Counted from the stretch's first letter, positions 1 to 9,706 are shown. The stretch is DNA of 64,000 bases from an archaeon (GCA_030636025.1 DAOVXQ010000004.1:6685-70684); one strand, 5' to 3'. Numbers and translations: made by a program. Notes: generated from the sequence alone by a model not told the origin.

Positions 1-273
1 ACTTCCCCCTTATCTAAATATATTAGTTTACTTCAAGTAAAAGAGGAAAATTTTGATTTAACTTTTAAATTTGGAATTCCAAATAGTTTTTTCCCTGGAA
101 AAATTATTAAAAAAGAATTTGTTTTAGATTATGATTGTTATACTACAGATACCTTGGAAAAAGAAAATATCTTGGTCAAGGTTAAGGAATTTAATGAAAA
201 AATAACATCTTTATTTGAATTAAGTATAGAACAAGGTTTAAGGGATGAAATGGGGTTAAAATCAAATGTGTAA
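1..273 (+). CDS. C-terminal fragment of TIGR04255-like protein (5' truncated by window)
   Basis: Open frame 1 to TAA 271-273, not in ORF track; ...KKEFVLDYDCY...LFELSIEQGLRDEM resembles the FxLDxDxY / F-x3-I-x3-LR tail of TIGR04255 proteins. Confidence 0.6.
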   Translation, partial: TSPLSKYISLLQVKEENFDLTFKFGIPNSFFPGKIIKKEFVLDYDCYTTDTLEKENILVKVKEFNEKITSLFELSIEQGLRDEMGLKSNV

Positions 274-472
274 TCTTGAATTTAGTAAGGGAAAAGAACA
301 ATTAGAAACTAAACCTGTTAATAATTTAATTGTTTCTGATGAAACTTCTACTAATGGTGAAATTGAAGATAAGAAAGAAGACAGAGATGAAAAAATGAAG
401 ATTGAAGATACGGAAAGATATGAACATGCAAGTTTAAAACATAAGACTATAAATTATAAAATTTATGATTAG
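266..472 (+). CDS. small charged hypothetical protein (68 aa)
   Basis: ORF overlapping the upstream stop and 8 nt before the next ORF; operon-like. Confidence 0.55.
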   Translation: MCNLEFSKGKEQLETKPVNNLIVSDETSTNGEIEDKKEDRDEKMKIEDTERYEHASLKHKTINYKIYD

Positions 473-480
473 GTTTTAAG

Positions 481-1032
481 ATGTATTCTAAGAATAATAC
501 AAAGGAGAATATATGTCAAGGCGATATTTTTAAAAAATTTAGATATATTACTTGGATAGAACCTAAGGGAAAGATTATTTCTACAGATGTAATTGATATA
601 CCTTTTTTCGTTGTTTTAACACAGGCATGTGATTTAGAACAGGATTTCGAAGAGAGGAGCAAGGGAAATCATAAAAGGAGTGATAAAATAATAAATTCTC
701 TTTTAGTTTGCCCAGCATATCTTGCAGAAGAATTAAGGGAAGGAATTCATTTAAAACCTTTAAAAATTGATAGGATAAATGGTGCTGTTTGGAAAAATAT
801 AGAATCTAATAATCATAAAAGATTTCATTTTTTAAAAGGAAATGATAAATTAGCTATCCCAGATTTAGTATTAGATTTTAAACAATATTATACCTTGCCT
901 TTAGAAAAAATATATGGATTATATGGTGCACATTATTTTTGTTCTATTGATAATATGTTCAAAGAAAATTTATCTCAGAGATTTGCCAATTATTTAAGTA
1001 GGATAGGATTACCTAATTTAAAAAAAGAATAA
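481..1032 (+). CDS. hypothetical protein with QGDI...VLTQACDL...FANYLSRIGLP motifs (typical TIGR04255 neighbour)
   Basis: Full ORF with conserved-looking motifs; function unknown. Confidence 0.7.
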   Translation: MYSKNNTKENICQGDIFKKFRYITWIEPKGKIISTDVIDIPFFVVLTQACDLEQDFEERSKGNHKRSDKIINSLLVCPAYLAEELREGIHLKPLKIDRINGAVWKNIESNNHKRFHFLKGNDKLAIPDLVLDFKQYYTLPLEKIYGLYGAHYFCSIDNMFKENLSQRFANYLSRIGLPNLKKE

Positions 1033-1147
1033 GATTTATATTTCAATAAAAATTAATTAACCTCATATATCCGGATTTATTTCATACTTCTTACTTTCAC
1101 TTCTTTTTTATAACAATATTTAAATATCTTAGAATTTTTTTATAGAA

Positions 1148-1495
1148 ATGGAAGATTGTATTTTTTGCAAGATTGTAAGAGGAGAAATTCCTGCTGAAAA
1201 AGTTTATGAAGATGATAATTTTATTGGGATTTTAGATGCAAACCCGAAGGTAGAAGGGCATACTTTAATTATTCCTAAAAAACATTTTAAGACATTGTTG
1301 GATATGCCAAATAGTTTGGGCAATGAAATGACTGAGGGGGTTAAGAAAATTAGTTTGAAGTTGATTGAAGATGGCAAGGCAGAAGGGTTTAATTTGGTTG
1401 CGAATAATTTTGAAGTTGCAGGGCAGATTGTTCCTCATGTTCATTTTCATATTATTCCGAGAAAAAAAGGGGATGGATTGAAAATTCTTGCATAA
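1148..1495 (+). CDS. HIT family nucleotide hydrolase
   Basis: CIFCKI N-terminus and HVHFHII histidine triad. Confidence 0.95.
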   Translation: MEDCIFCKIVRGEIPAEKVYEDDNFIGILDANPKVEGHTLIIPKKHFKTLLDMPNSLGNEMTEGVKKISLKLIEDGKAEGFNLVANNFEVAGQIVPHVHFHIIPRKKGDGLKILA

Positions 1496-1708
1496 TTAAT
1501 TCCCTAATTTTTTATACCCTAATCGTAAGAAACCCAGGTTTCTTAACAAGTTATCTTCCTGAGTATGCAATCTTCGATTGCTAACTGAAAATTCAAAAGA
1601 ATTTTCAGGATGTTGAGTTAAGATCTGGTTGTTTAATTTAATAATCCTCTCGTAAGAAAACCTAAGTTTTCTTACCAAGTCATCTTTCCTTTGATTTTGA
1701 AACTTCAA
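1496..1708 (-). CDS. orphan hypothetical protein ending LGYKKLGN
   Basis: ORF track; TTG start overlapping upstream TGA; C-terminus copies that of the upstream gene. Confidence 0.5.
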   Translation of the reverse strand: MKFQNQRKDDLVRKLRFSYERIIKLNNQILTQHPENSFEFSVSNRRLHTQEDNLLRNLGFLRLGYKKLGN

Positions 1709-1733
1709 TTCTGAAGTTTTTTATACCCTAACC
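1496..1733. repeat. imperfect direct repeat of a gene 3' end (1496-1524 vs 1705-1733)
   Basis: ttttttataccctaa identical at 1508-1522 and 1717-1731; both stop codons in register (offset 209). Confidence 0.8.
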
Positions 1734-2277
1734 AAATTAGAATTCCTAAAACCGCCCCTAAAATAAGTGTTCTTAACCAATTAGTTAAATCAGACCAGTA
1801 AATCGCGGTTCCATAAAAAGTAAGAAAAGTTCCGCCAATCATTAATCCAGAAGAAACACTGGGCAATATGAGAATTATTCCGACAGAGATTGAGAGTAGA
1901 CCTGTAATTATTGCAATAATAAATACCCTTAGCTTATATTTGTCCCTCGCTGTTTCGTATTTTTCTTGACATTCTATGTAATCAACTATTCCCTCACATT
2001 CTCCTGTTTCTTGGTTATAACTTTCATATCCTTTATTGATGCAACATTCGTTTCTGTAATCAGGGCTAACTGTTGCACAAGTTCCGCCGATTATTTCTTT
2101 GTTTTCTGGAATAAGTATCCTTGAAGATTCTTTTTCACAATAGTCCTCATATTTTGGAGAGGGATGAATTGTTTGAATAAAATAAATAACAAAAGAGGAT
2201 AAAACTATTGCGATGGTTATGCTTAGGATAATTGCCTTTACTTTGTTTGGCGGGATTTTGATTTTATTTTTTTTCAT
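1705..2277 (-). CDS. multi-pass membrane protein with Cys-rich extracellular loop
   Basis: 4 hydrophobic segments; start reassigned to ATG 2277 (MKKNKIK) because the longer ORF runs through a tRNA. Confidence 0.85.
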   Translation of the reverse strand: MKKNKIKIPPNKVKAIILSITIAIVLSSFVIYFIQTIHPSPKYEDYCEKESSRILIPENKEIIGGTCATVSPDYRNECCINKGYESYNQETGECEGIVDYIECQEKYETARDKYKLRVFIIAIITGLLSISVGIILILPSVSSGLMIGGTFLTFYGTAIYWSDLTNWLRTLILGAVLGILIWLGYKKLQN

Positions 2278-2303
2278 GGGGTATTTGATTATGGGTTTTA
2301 AAA

Positions 2304-2375
2304 TGGCTACACCAAGAGTTGAACTTGGGACCTCCTGCTCATGAGACAGGCGTTCTACCACTGAACTATGTAGCC
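2304..2375 (-). tRNA. tRNA with CAT anticodon (elongator Met or Ile2; not initiator)
   Basis: GGCTACA acceptor strand, anticodon arm CCTGT-CTCATGA-GCAGG, T arm GTTCAA; lacks the three G-C anticodon-stem pairs of initiators; CCA not encoded. Confidence 0.93.
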
Positions 2376-2425
2376 GTAAAATAGTTAGATAAAATAGATT
2401 TAAAAAGTTAATTGCATTTATATTT

Positions 2426-2785
2426 TTGAAAATGGGTGTGGAAAATATTACGAATTTAAGTGATTTTCAAATTGGGCTGAAAGATTTATTACCTGCAGAG
2501 GTTCTTGGACAGGTTGATAAACTTATTTTTATTTCAAAAATAGCAGTGTATATTTTTATTGGTTATGTTCTTTTTTTAATAATTAAACAGTTTTATGGTT
2601 GGAGGAGAAATAAGAGAATTAATATTATGTATCATAGGGTTAATGAAATTAATAAAAAGTTAGATTTGATATTAGAAAAAAAGAAAGTAAAATCTGAGCC
2701 AGTTAAAAAGAAAAAAAGATTTTGGAAGAGATTATTTGATAAAAAAGAAAAACGAAAAAATCAAGAAAAAAAAAGAAAAAAGTAA
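2426..2785 (+). CDS. single-TM protein with basic C-terminal tail
   Basis: ORF track; one TM helix; likely ATG 2432. Confidence 0.75.
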   Translation: MKMGVENITNLSDFQIGLKDLLPAEVLGQVDKLIFISKIAVYIFIGYVLFLIIKQFYGWRRNKRINIMYHRVNEINKKLDLILEKKKVKSEPVKKKKRFWKRLFDKKEKRKNQEKKRKK

Positions 2786-2788
2786 ATT

Positions 2789-2947
2789 TTATTTTTTTAT
2801 TTCTACGGTTTTTACTAATTGAGAAGTTTCTGAATCTTGCGGTCTTGAGATATTAGAGGCATATGCTCTAATAGGAATTTCTTCAATTCTTCCTTCAGAC
2901 GGATAGAAAATTCTTCCACTATATTCTTCTCTTGTGTCTTCTTCCAT
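2789..2947 (-). CDS. 52-aa small protein MEEDTREEYSGRIFYPSEGRIEEIPIRAYASNISRPQDSETSQLVKTVEIKK
   Basis: Below ORF-track cutoff; GGAGGG SD just upstream; convergent with previous gene. Confidence 0.55.
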   Translation of the reverse strand: MEEDTREEYSGRIFYPSEGRIEEIPIRAYASNISRPQDSETSQLVKTVEIKK

Positions 2948-3000
2948 TTTTTTGCCCTCCTGTTTAATTATTTTGGGCTAAACACTAATAATCGGACCGA

Positions 3001-3119
3001 TAATATTTGCATGTTAGAAATGTTGTATTAGGGTCCTCAAAAATTAATGAGAAGCCCCTTTCACAGCAATAGCTAAGGATTTTGCATAGACCTTAGTTTT
3101 TATTGCTTTTAACATATTA
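3001..3119. ncRNA. candidate structured RNA (three-way junction)
   Basis: Closing stem atgttagaa/ttttaacat; inner stems gggtcctca/tgag..gccc and agcaata-gctaagg/ccttagt-tattgct. Confidence 0.35.
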
Positions 3120-3129
3120 TAGAATGAAT

Positions 3130-3489
3130 TTATCCCTTTATTAATTTTATTGCTATTGTAGATACATGAATTCTTCTGCCTTCTTTGTTTTCAAAACTTT
3201 CGCTTGAAATTTGAATGTCGTCTACTTTTATGTTTTGTTCTTTTAAGAAAGTTCTTTTTGCGACCTCTACAACATCAACTGCCTTTGAAATGAATTTTCC
3301 CCTCGCTGATACAATAACTTCTTTTTGCTGTTTTGTCTGAAATTGTATTACAACCCCTGTAACATAATTCATAAATGGTTTTATGCCAATAAAAATTGTA
3401 TTATCTTTCTCCAAAGTTTCTGATTGGTTTTCAGAAGTGTCTTTTGTTTCTATCTTTTGTTCTTGCGTAGTTTCTGTTTCTTCTGTCAT
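3130..3489 (-). CDS. albA: DNA/RNA-binding protein Alba
   Basis: IFIGxKPFMNYV, ARGKFISKAVDV, VSTIxI motifs; acidic N-terminal extension. Confidence 0.95.
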   Translation of the reverse strand: MTEETETTQEQKIETKDTSENQSETLEKDNTIFIGIKPFMNYVTGVVIQFQTKQQKEVIVSARGKFISKAVDVVEVAKRTFLKEQNIKVDDIQISSESFENKEGRRIHVSTIAIKLIKG

Positions 3490-3511
3490 TTTCTTATTTT
3501 TTATTTACTTG

Positions 3512-3691
3512 TTAATTCTTGTCTTTTTTTAGTCTTACTAAATATCCTGCAATTTTGTTTTTTATTTTTTTACTTGGCATTGTGTCTGCCAATCTTTTCT
3601 TGTTTTCTTCAAAGTTTGAACTAAATTTGTTTTCTTGATTTAGCAATGCTTTTGCAGTTCTTTTTACGAGTTTAGATTTTATTCTTCCCAT
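3512..3691 (-). CDS. rps17e: 30S ribosomal protein S17e (59 aa, missed by ORF track)
   Basis: MGRIKSKLVKRTAK...FEENKK...SKKIKNKIAGYL. Confidence 0.93.
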   Translation of the reverse strand: MGRIKSKLVKRTAKALLNQENKFSSNFEENKKRLADTMPSKKIKNKIAGYLVRLKKDKN

Positions 3692-3781
3692 TTTATTGAG
3701 TTTGCTTATTTTTTTCTTGTTTTTAGGTTATTTAAATTTTGTGATGTTGGGAATTGAATTTGGGAGGGTTGTTTAACTAAT

Positions 3782-4651
3782 CTATTCTGTATTTATTTTT
3801 TTAGCCTTTAAAACTGAAGAGTATTCTTGCGCATAGGTTTCTGCTTTTTTGCCTATTTTTTCAGTGTATAGTATCAAGGCAGGCAGAGGGATTGACTGGG
3901 CAGCTGAAAGTAATTTTTGAACATCTGCCTCAGTGATTGTTTTTTTATCTTTTGCCTGAGTTAAAAAATCCATTGGACCGAGCTCTGTTTTTATTTGGAT
4001 AATGCAATTATACTCTTTTGATTTGTATTCCTTTTCTTTGAGAACCTTGTAATTTTTGTTAAGTAGTTCAATGACTCTTTCAACAAATTCTGATTTTGAT
4101 TTTTGTTTTTTTGTAGTTTGTTGCACCAAGGGATTTTGGAAAGTCATTTCTGGTTTTTGAAAATTTGTTTTTGGTTTTTGTTTTATGGTTGATTTTATTT
4201 TAATTATTTTTTCTTGTTTTGGTTTTTTAAATCTTTCTTTAATTTCTTGCTCTTGAACGGAAATATATTTCCAGAAAATTTCATCATTTTGTTTGAACCC
4301 GATTGCAAAATCTCTGATTGAACGGAGGGCAACCCTTATTGCAGGTTCTTGTTCTGAATCTTTTAGGATTTTTTTTTCTTTTAATAAAAGAAAGGCCTCT
4401 GCTTCTTTTGCATGTAGGAATTTATAGAAATTTTCAAGTAATAATTCCTGACCTGGGATAAGATATAATTTAGAGCCGCCAACTTTTAGATGACTCATTT
4501 TTAGTTTTTTTTCTTCTGTTAGCTCAGATAAAAACGCAGAAATAAATAACGAATTCATTTCTGTTTCTTTTGCGATTTGCATTGGCAAACTTGGACCTTT
4601 TTCTTCTATAATTTTTATTATTTTATTATGGATTTCGGTGTTGTCTCTCAT
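3782..4651 (-). CDS. conserved hypothetical protein with N-terminal winged-helix-like region
   Basis: KGPSLPMQIAKE...SAFLSEL pattern; long ORF. Confidence 0.8.
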   Translation of the reverse strand: MRDNTEIHNKIIKIIEEKGPSLPMQIAKETEMNSLFISAFLSELTEEKKLKMSHLKVGGSKLYLIPGQELLLENFYKFLHAKEAEAFLLLKEKKILKDSEQEPAIRVALRSIRDFAIGFKQNDEIFWKYISVQEQEIKERFKKPKQEKIIKIKSTIKQKPKTNFQKPEMTFQNPLVQQTTKKQKSKSEFVERVIELLNKNYKVLKEKEYKSKEYNCIIQIKTELGPMDFLTQAKDKKTITEADVQKLLSAAQSIPLPALILYTEKIGKKAETYAQEYSSVLKAKKINTE

Positions 4652-4705
4652 AGAATTTTTATAATTATTAGGTTAATAAAATTAATTGTGATGCAAGGAA
4701 TTTTT

Positions 4706-5230
4706 TTAAATTAGCCAAGCGATTGTTGTTATTATTAAAATTCCTATGAAGTTTAGAGTAAAAGCAAGGAACATGAATTTTGTGGTGTCAAAATGGGTTG
4801 TGCCTAAAAGGGAAATTCCTGCTTCGTCGGGTAGGGGGGAGGCGATTATAAATCCTGCGATTCCAGGGATTAACCATTTTAGTTTGCTTTTTTCTAATTT
4901 TTCTATTTTGCTTTTTTTAATTAATGTTTTGATTTCTTTTGGAAGTCCTTTTTTGAAGAAATTGAAGATTATTAAATCTCCAATCATTGTTCCTGTTGCT
5001 CCTATAAATGAGATGACTAGTGGGTTGAATGTGTTGGTGAATAAAAGTAGGGTGGCTGTTGCAGGGACTGCAGTGAATGCATATCCAAAAAAGGCGCCAG
5101 CGATTAAAACTCCGACTAAACCAAAGTTTCCGAGGGATTCAACGAATTTAGTTAAGTGTCCTGAAGAAAAAAGATAGATTGTTAGGACGATGCTTAGTAT
5201 TATCAAACCCCATTTTTGATTGTTTTTCAT
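4706..5230 (-). CDS. membrane protein, DedA/VTT-like
   Basis: GATGTMIGD and IIASPLPDE motifs; multiple TM segments. Confidence 0.75.
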   Translation of the reverse strand: MKNNQKWGLIILSIVLTIYLFSSGHLTKFVESLGNFGLVGVLIAGAFFGYAFTAVPATATLLLFTNTFNPLVISFIGATGTMIGDLIIFNFFKKGLPKEIKTLIKKSKIEKLEKSKLKWLIPGIAGFIIASPLPDEAGISLLGTTHFDTTKFMFLAFTLNFIGILIITTIAWLI

Positions 5231-5280
5231 TTTTTTGTTAGGACGGAAAGATATTTAAAGATGTTGGATTATAGTTTTTG

Positions 5281-5340
5281 ATGAAACAAACACAATTACT
5301 TTGTTTATTATTGATGTTAGTTTTAGTCTTAGCTCTGTAA
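5281..5340 (+). pseudogene. isolated signal-peptide remnant MKQTQLLCLLLMLVLVLAL*
   Basis: ATG ~25 nt after TATA-like atatttaaa; n- and h-region followed directly by a stop. Confidence 0.3.
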
Positions 5341-5376
5341 GAGTTGAGAGTTTTTTTAATTAAATTTTAGGATTAT

Positions 5377-5646
5377 ATGATGGCTCTTGAGTTTTTATTT
5401 ACTGATATTGTTGAAGATGGAAAAGAAATAGCAGTGCATCCTGAAGCAACTCATTTGAGGTGTGCTGGAGGGATTGTAAGGCAATATAAGTGTAATCCTA
5501 TGCCTTTGGATTCTATGAGGGAAATTCCTAATGGGACCAATTATATTAAGTTTAATGATTATGCTCCTGCAATGCATCATATAGAATATGGGCGATTAGT
5601 TTGTGTGAGCCATAAAGGAAATATTTTAAAAACAATAAATTATTGA
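5377..5646 (+). CDS. orphan hypothetical protein
   Basis: ORF track; 3' end runs into the leuS promoter region. Confidence 0.6.
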   Translation: MMALEFLFTDIVEDGKEIAVHPEATHLRCAGGIVRQYKCNPMPLDSMREIPNGTNYIKFNDYAPAMHHIEYGRLVCVSHKGNILKTINY

Positions 5647-5653
5647 TAGATAC

Positions 5654-8101
5654 ATGATAAAAGTTAATTTTAATGCAATAGAGAAAAAATGGCAGAGGAA
5701 ATGGGCGGAGGGAAAAGTTTTTGAAGTTAAGGAAGATAAGAAAAAGAAGAAGAAGTTTTATGTTCTTGAAATGTTTCCTTATCCTTCTGGAGCTGGGTTG
5801 CATATGGGGCATGCTTTGAATTATTCTATTGGAGATATATTTGCCAGATTTAAGATAATGCAGGGATTTAATGTTCTGCATCCTATGGGTTTTGATTCAT
5901 TGGGTTTGCCTGCTGAAAATGCTGCTGTGAAGGCAGGAGAGCATCCAAAAAAATATACTGAAAAAGCAATTAAGAATTATGTTAAACAAATGAAAAATTT
6001 GGGATTAAGTTATGATTGGAGCAGAATGGTTTCAAGTCATCAACCAGAATATTATAAATGGGACCAGTGGATTTTTTTGAAAATGTTTGAAAAAGGCTTG
6101 GCTTATAAAAAAGAAAGTCCTGTTAATTGGTGTTCTAAGTGTAATAGTGTTCTTGCTAATGAACAAGTTCATGATGGAAAGTGCTGGAGGCATGAAGATA
6201 CTAATGTTGAAGTTAAACATCTTGTTCAGTGGTATTTGAAGATAACAGATTATGCAGAAGAGTTAGCAGATTTTAAGGGGTTAAGTGAATGGCCTGATTT
6301 GATTAAGAAACTTCAGAAAAATTGGATTGGTAAGAGTTATGGGGCTGAGATTTTGTTTGAGATAAATAATGAAAAATGGCCAATTTTTACAACAAGACCA
6401 GATACTTTATTTGGTGTTACATTTATGGTGGTAAGTGCTCAACATTCAAAACTTTTTGATTTAGTTATAGATGATAAGAAAAAAGATGTTGAAAAATTTG
6501 TTAAGAAATTAAGTTCTGTTAGTAAAGAAGATATTGATAAGCTGGATAAAGAAGGAGTTTTTACTGGAAGTTATGCTATTCATCCTTTAACTAAAGAAAA
6601 AATTCCTATTTATGCTGGTAATTTTGTTTTAGCTGATTATGGTAGTGGAATGGTTATGGCGGTTCCTGCTCATGACCAGAGAGATTTTGATTTTGCTAAA
6701 AAATATGGGATTGATATTAAGGAGGTAATAAGTGGGGGAGAGATTAAGAAGAATGCTTATACTGATAAGGGTAAATTAATTAATTCTGGAGAGTTTGATG
6801 GAATTGAAAGTGATGAAGCCAAGAAGAAGATAACTAAATTACTGAGAAAAAAGAAATTAGGTGGAGAAGTTATTAATTATAGATTAAGGGATTGGCTGGT
6901 TTCAAGACAGAGGTATTGGGGGGCTCCAATTCCAATTATTAATTGTGAGAAATGCGGTGAAGTTTCTGTTCCTGAAAAAGATTTACCTGTTGAATTGCCT
7001 GATAAGGTCAAATTTGGAAAAGGAAATCCTTTGGATAGTGCTGAAAAATGGAAAAAAGTTAAATGCCCTAAATGTGGTGGAGATGCAAAAAGAGAGACAG
7101 ATACTTTAGATACTTTTGTAAATTCATCTTGGTATTTTTTAAGATATTGTGATTCTCAAAATAATAAGAAAATTTTTGATTTAAAGAAAGTAGATTATTG
7201 GGCTCCTGTTGATTTTTATATTGGTGGAAAAGAGCATGCTTGTATGCATTTGATTTATTCAAGATTTTATACTAAATTTTTAAGAGATTTAGGTTTATTA
7301 AAAATAAGTGAGCCTGCTAAAAAATTGTTTAATCAGGGAATGTTACATGGGGAAGGAGGAGAAAAAATGTCTAAATCTAAGGGGAATATTGTTCTTCCTG
7401 AAACAATATCTAAAAAATATGGGATTGATACTGCAAGATTATTTTTAGTTTCTGTAGCAAGTCCTGATAAGGATATTGATTGGAGTGAGAAGGGCATTAA
7501 TGGTAGTTTAAAGTTTGTTAAAAAAGTTTTTGAATATTTTAATGATGTCAAAATTGGAAAATCAAGTGCAAGTAGTGAGAGTAAATTAAATAAAACAATT
7601 AAAGGTGTTACAGAAGATATTGAAAATTTGAAATATAATTTGGCGATTATTAAGTTAAGGCAGTTATTTGAAAATTTTAAAGAAGAAGAGAATAATGAAA
7701 CTCTTGAAAGTTTTTTGAAAATGTTAAGTATTTTTTGTCCACATATTGCTGAAGAATTGTGGGAGAAATTAGGAAATAATGGATTTATTAGTTTGAGTGA
7801 ATGGCCTAAATGTAATGAGAAAAAAATTAATAAAAAATTGGAGATGGCAGAACAAACTGTTGATAAAACTGTTAGTGATGTTATGAATATTTTGAAAATT
7901 GTTAGTGATAAGGGTGGGAAATTTGAGAAAGTTTATATTTATGTTATGCCTTTTGAAAAAGAGTATTTTGATGAAATTCTGATTGGTGAAAGGGTTGGAA
8001 AGGAAGTTAAGATTTTTTCTGTTCAGGATAAAGATAAGTATGACCCTGAGGGGATTGCCAAAAAGTCTAAGCCAGGAAAGCCAGGAATTTTTGTTGAATA
8101 G
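5654..8101 (+). CDS. leuS: leucyl-tRNA synthetase, bacterial-type
   Basis: FYVLEMFPYPSG, HMGH, FTTRPDT editing motif, KMSKS. Confidence 0.98.
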   Translation: MIKVNFNAIEKKWQRKWAEGKVFEVKEDKKKKKKFYVLEMFPYPSGAGLHMGHALNYSIGDIFARFKIMQGFNVLHPMGFDSLGLPAENAAVKAGEHPKKYTEKAIKNYVKQMKNLGLSYDWSRMVSSHQPEYYKWDQWIFLKMFEKGLAYKKESPVNWCSKCNSVLANEQVHDGKCWRHEDTNVEVKHLVQWYLKITDYAEELADFKGLSEWPDLIKKLQKNWIGKSYGAEILFEINNEKWPIFTTRPDTLFGVTFMVVSAQHSKLFDLVIDDKKKDVEKFVKKLSSVSKEDIDKLDKEGVFTGSYAIHPLTKEKIPIYAGNFVLADYGSGMVMAVPAHDQRDFDFAKKYGIDIKEVISGGEIKKNAYTDKGKLINSGEFDGIESDEAKKKITKLLRKKKLGGEVINYRLRDWLVSRQRYWGAPIPIINCEKCGEVSVPEKDLPVELPDKVKFGKGNPLDSAEKWKKVKCPKCGGDAKRETDTLDTFVNSSWYFLRYCDSQNNKKIFDLKKVDYWAPVDFYIGGKEHACMHLIYSRFYTKFLRDLGLLKISEPAKKLFNQGMLHGEGGEKMSKSKGNIVLPETISKKYGIDTARLFLVSVASPDKDIDWSEKGINGSLKFVKKVFEYFNDVKIGKSSASSESKLNKTIKGVTEDIENLKYNLAIIKLRQLFENFKEEENNETLESFLKMLSIFCPHIAEELWEKLGNNGFISLSEWPKCNEKKINKKLEMAEQTVDKTVSDVMNILKIVSDKGGKFEKVYIYVMPFEKEYFDEILIGERVGKEVKIFSVQDKDKYDPEGIAKKSKPGKPGIFVE

Positions 8102-8155
8102 TTCAATAGTGAAAATAAGGTAAGAGTTTATTAACTATTTTATTTTAAAAAATTA

Positions 8156-8542
8156 ATGGCAATTAGATTTTTGAGAAATTATTTAAATGAACAATTAGAA
8201 GCGATTTTAAAACATAAATGGATTTTGTCTGAAAAAGCAAATGGAGATGTTGGGTTGGGTGCTACATTAATGGACTTAGAAAAACAAAGTTTTTTTAAAA
8301 AATTTAGAGAAGAGTATTTTAAAAAAAATAATATCACTGCATTAGATAGTCAGGTTAGAGAAATCATTGGGGGAGATTCTTGTTTGGTTTTTAATTTTGA
8401 ATTAATTGCACATAATTATAAAACAAATAGTGATAGTGTTTTGGAAAAAGAATCTTTAAGATATTGTTTAGAAAATAAAGAAAACTGTAAACATAGAAGT
8501 GAAATTTCTAAGGGGATTTATGCTTGTAATAGGGATTTTTAA
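8156..8542 (+). CDS. DUF4032-like domain protein
   Basis: ILKHKWILSEKANGDVG resembles the DUF4032 HKWxxSE motif. Confidence 0.6.
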   Translation: MAIRFLRNYLNEQLEAILKHKWILSEKANGDVGLGATLMDLEKQSFFKKFREEYFKKNNITALDSQVREIIGGDSCLVFNFELIAHNYKTNSDSVLEKESLRYCLENKENCKHRSEISKGIYACNRDF

Positions 8543-8608
8543 TTACTCCAAAACAGCTTTAATCCGTCTCACTCCTGCACTAGAAGATTCTTCTTTTTTT
8601 ATTTTGAA
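8543..8608 (-). repeat. displaced duplicate of alaS 3' end (FKIKKEESSSAGVRRIKAVLE*)
   Basis: 62/66 nt identical to 9707-9772, with a 51-bp perfect core (8555-8605 = 9719-9769). Confidence 0.95.
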
Positions 8609-8659
8609 TATATTTTCTATATGGATAATTCTTTTAAAATCAAATTCTTTTAGAACTAA

Positions 8660-9706
8660 ATGAAATCAACTTATAAACATAAACAAGGGATATATGGAAC
8701 TGATTCTGAAAATTATATTTCAAGTTTATTTATGATGGCGAAAAATCCCAATGGCAGTCGAAGACCTGATTTAATTTCTTTAAATGGGAGATTTAATCCT
8801 AATTTTTCAGTAGAAGTTAAATCTGGAAAATCTGCTAAAGGAATTATGGTTGATTATCAATTACCTTATTCTATTACTAGTGAACAAGATTATATTAAAT
8901 TATTTGGAGAATTTCCTTTAGAAGGCTCTGGCGAATATTTGGGTGAAAACTGGGGGACAATTAATCCTTTTTTTAATAAAAAAGCAGTAGCTTATTATTA
9001 TAATGTTGTAGATAGGGTTGATGGATTGAAGGCAGGTGATATGGACAGACCTTTTTCTTCGGTTAGATTAAAATGGGGAGATCAGTTTATGGTTCCTGAT
9101 GATTTTGCCTTTTACAATTTTGCGTGTGCTTGTTCAAGAAGAACTGGAAATGATATACAAAAAATTATAGTTAGCTTAAAAGAACAAATGAAAGAAGATT
9201 GTTTAAATGAATGTCCTTTAGATTATACTGTCAGAAAAGGAGAAACTAATTCTTGGCAGAATATTATTGGAAGAGATATTTTATCTATTTTTAATAATGA
9301 TATGGGTTTAGCTACAAGATATGGAAAAGAAAGAATTGAAAGACTGGCAGAGGTTTATAATTTAGATGGATTAAAACGAATTCAAATTCATGGGCCTCAT
9401 AAAACTAAAATTTATATTTTAGCTAAACCCGAGCATCAGAGATTAATGAATGGGCAGTTGAGGAAAGTTGTTAAGGAAAGGAAAGAAATTTTAGAAGAAA
9501 TTGTACAGGAAAGAAAAGAAGCAGAAGAATTATTGAATAAAATAACTGTTAAGAATTATCCGGGATTATTTGAAGGGTTGAGGGATTTAGAAATTTTACA
9601 ATCTAATTTAACAAGGGAAGAAATTTTAAAACTTGAAAGATTATGTAATTGGATGGCAGAAGGTGAGGAAAAAATTGAGCTTGTTGAGGATAATATTCCT
9701 TTTTGA
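8660..9706 (+). CDS. putative PD-(D/E)XK nuclease-fold protein
   Basis: G..SE...RRPDLIS...SVEVKSG motif; acidic C-terminal EDNIPF tail. Confidence 0.65.
   Translation: MKSTYKHKQGIYGTDSENYISSLFMMAKNPNGSRRPDLISLNGRFNPNFSVEVKSGKSAKGIMVDYQLPYSITSEQDYIKLFGEFPLEGSGEYLGENWGTINPFFNKKAVAYYYNVVDRVDGLKAGDMDRPFSSVRLKWGDQFMVPDDFAFYNFACACSRRTGNDIQKIIVSLKEQMKEDCLNECPLDYTVRKGETNSWQNIIGRDILSIFNNDMGLATRYGKERIERLAEVYNLDGLKRIQIHGPHKTKIYILAKPEHQRLMNGQLRKVVKERKEILEEIVQERKEAEELLNKITVKNYPGLFEGLRDLEILQSNLTREEILKLERLCNWMAEGEEKIELVEDNIPF

Noticed and set aside
2278-2361. N-terminal extension of ORF 1705..2361
   Set aside because: Runs through the tRNA(CAT) gene; ATG 2277 is the plausible start
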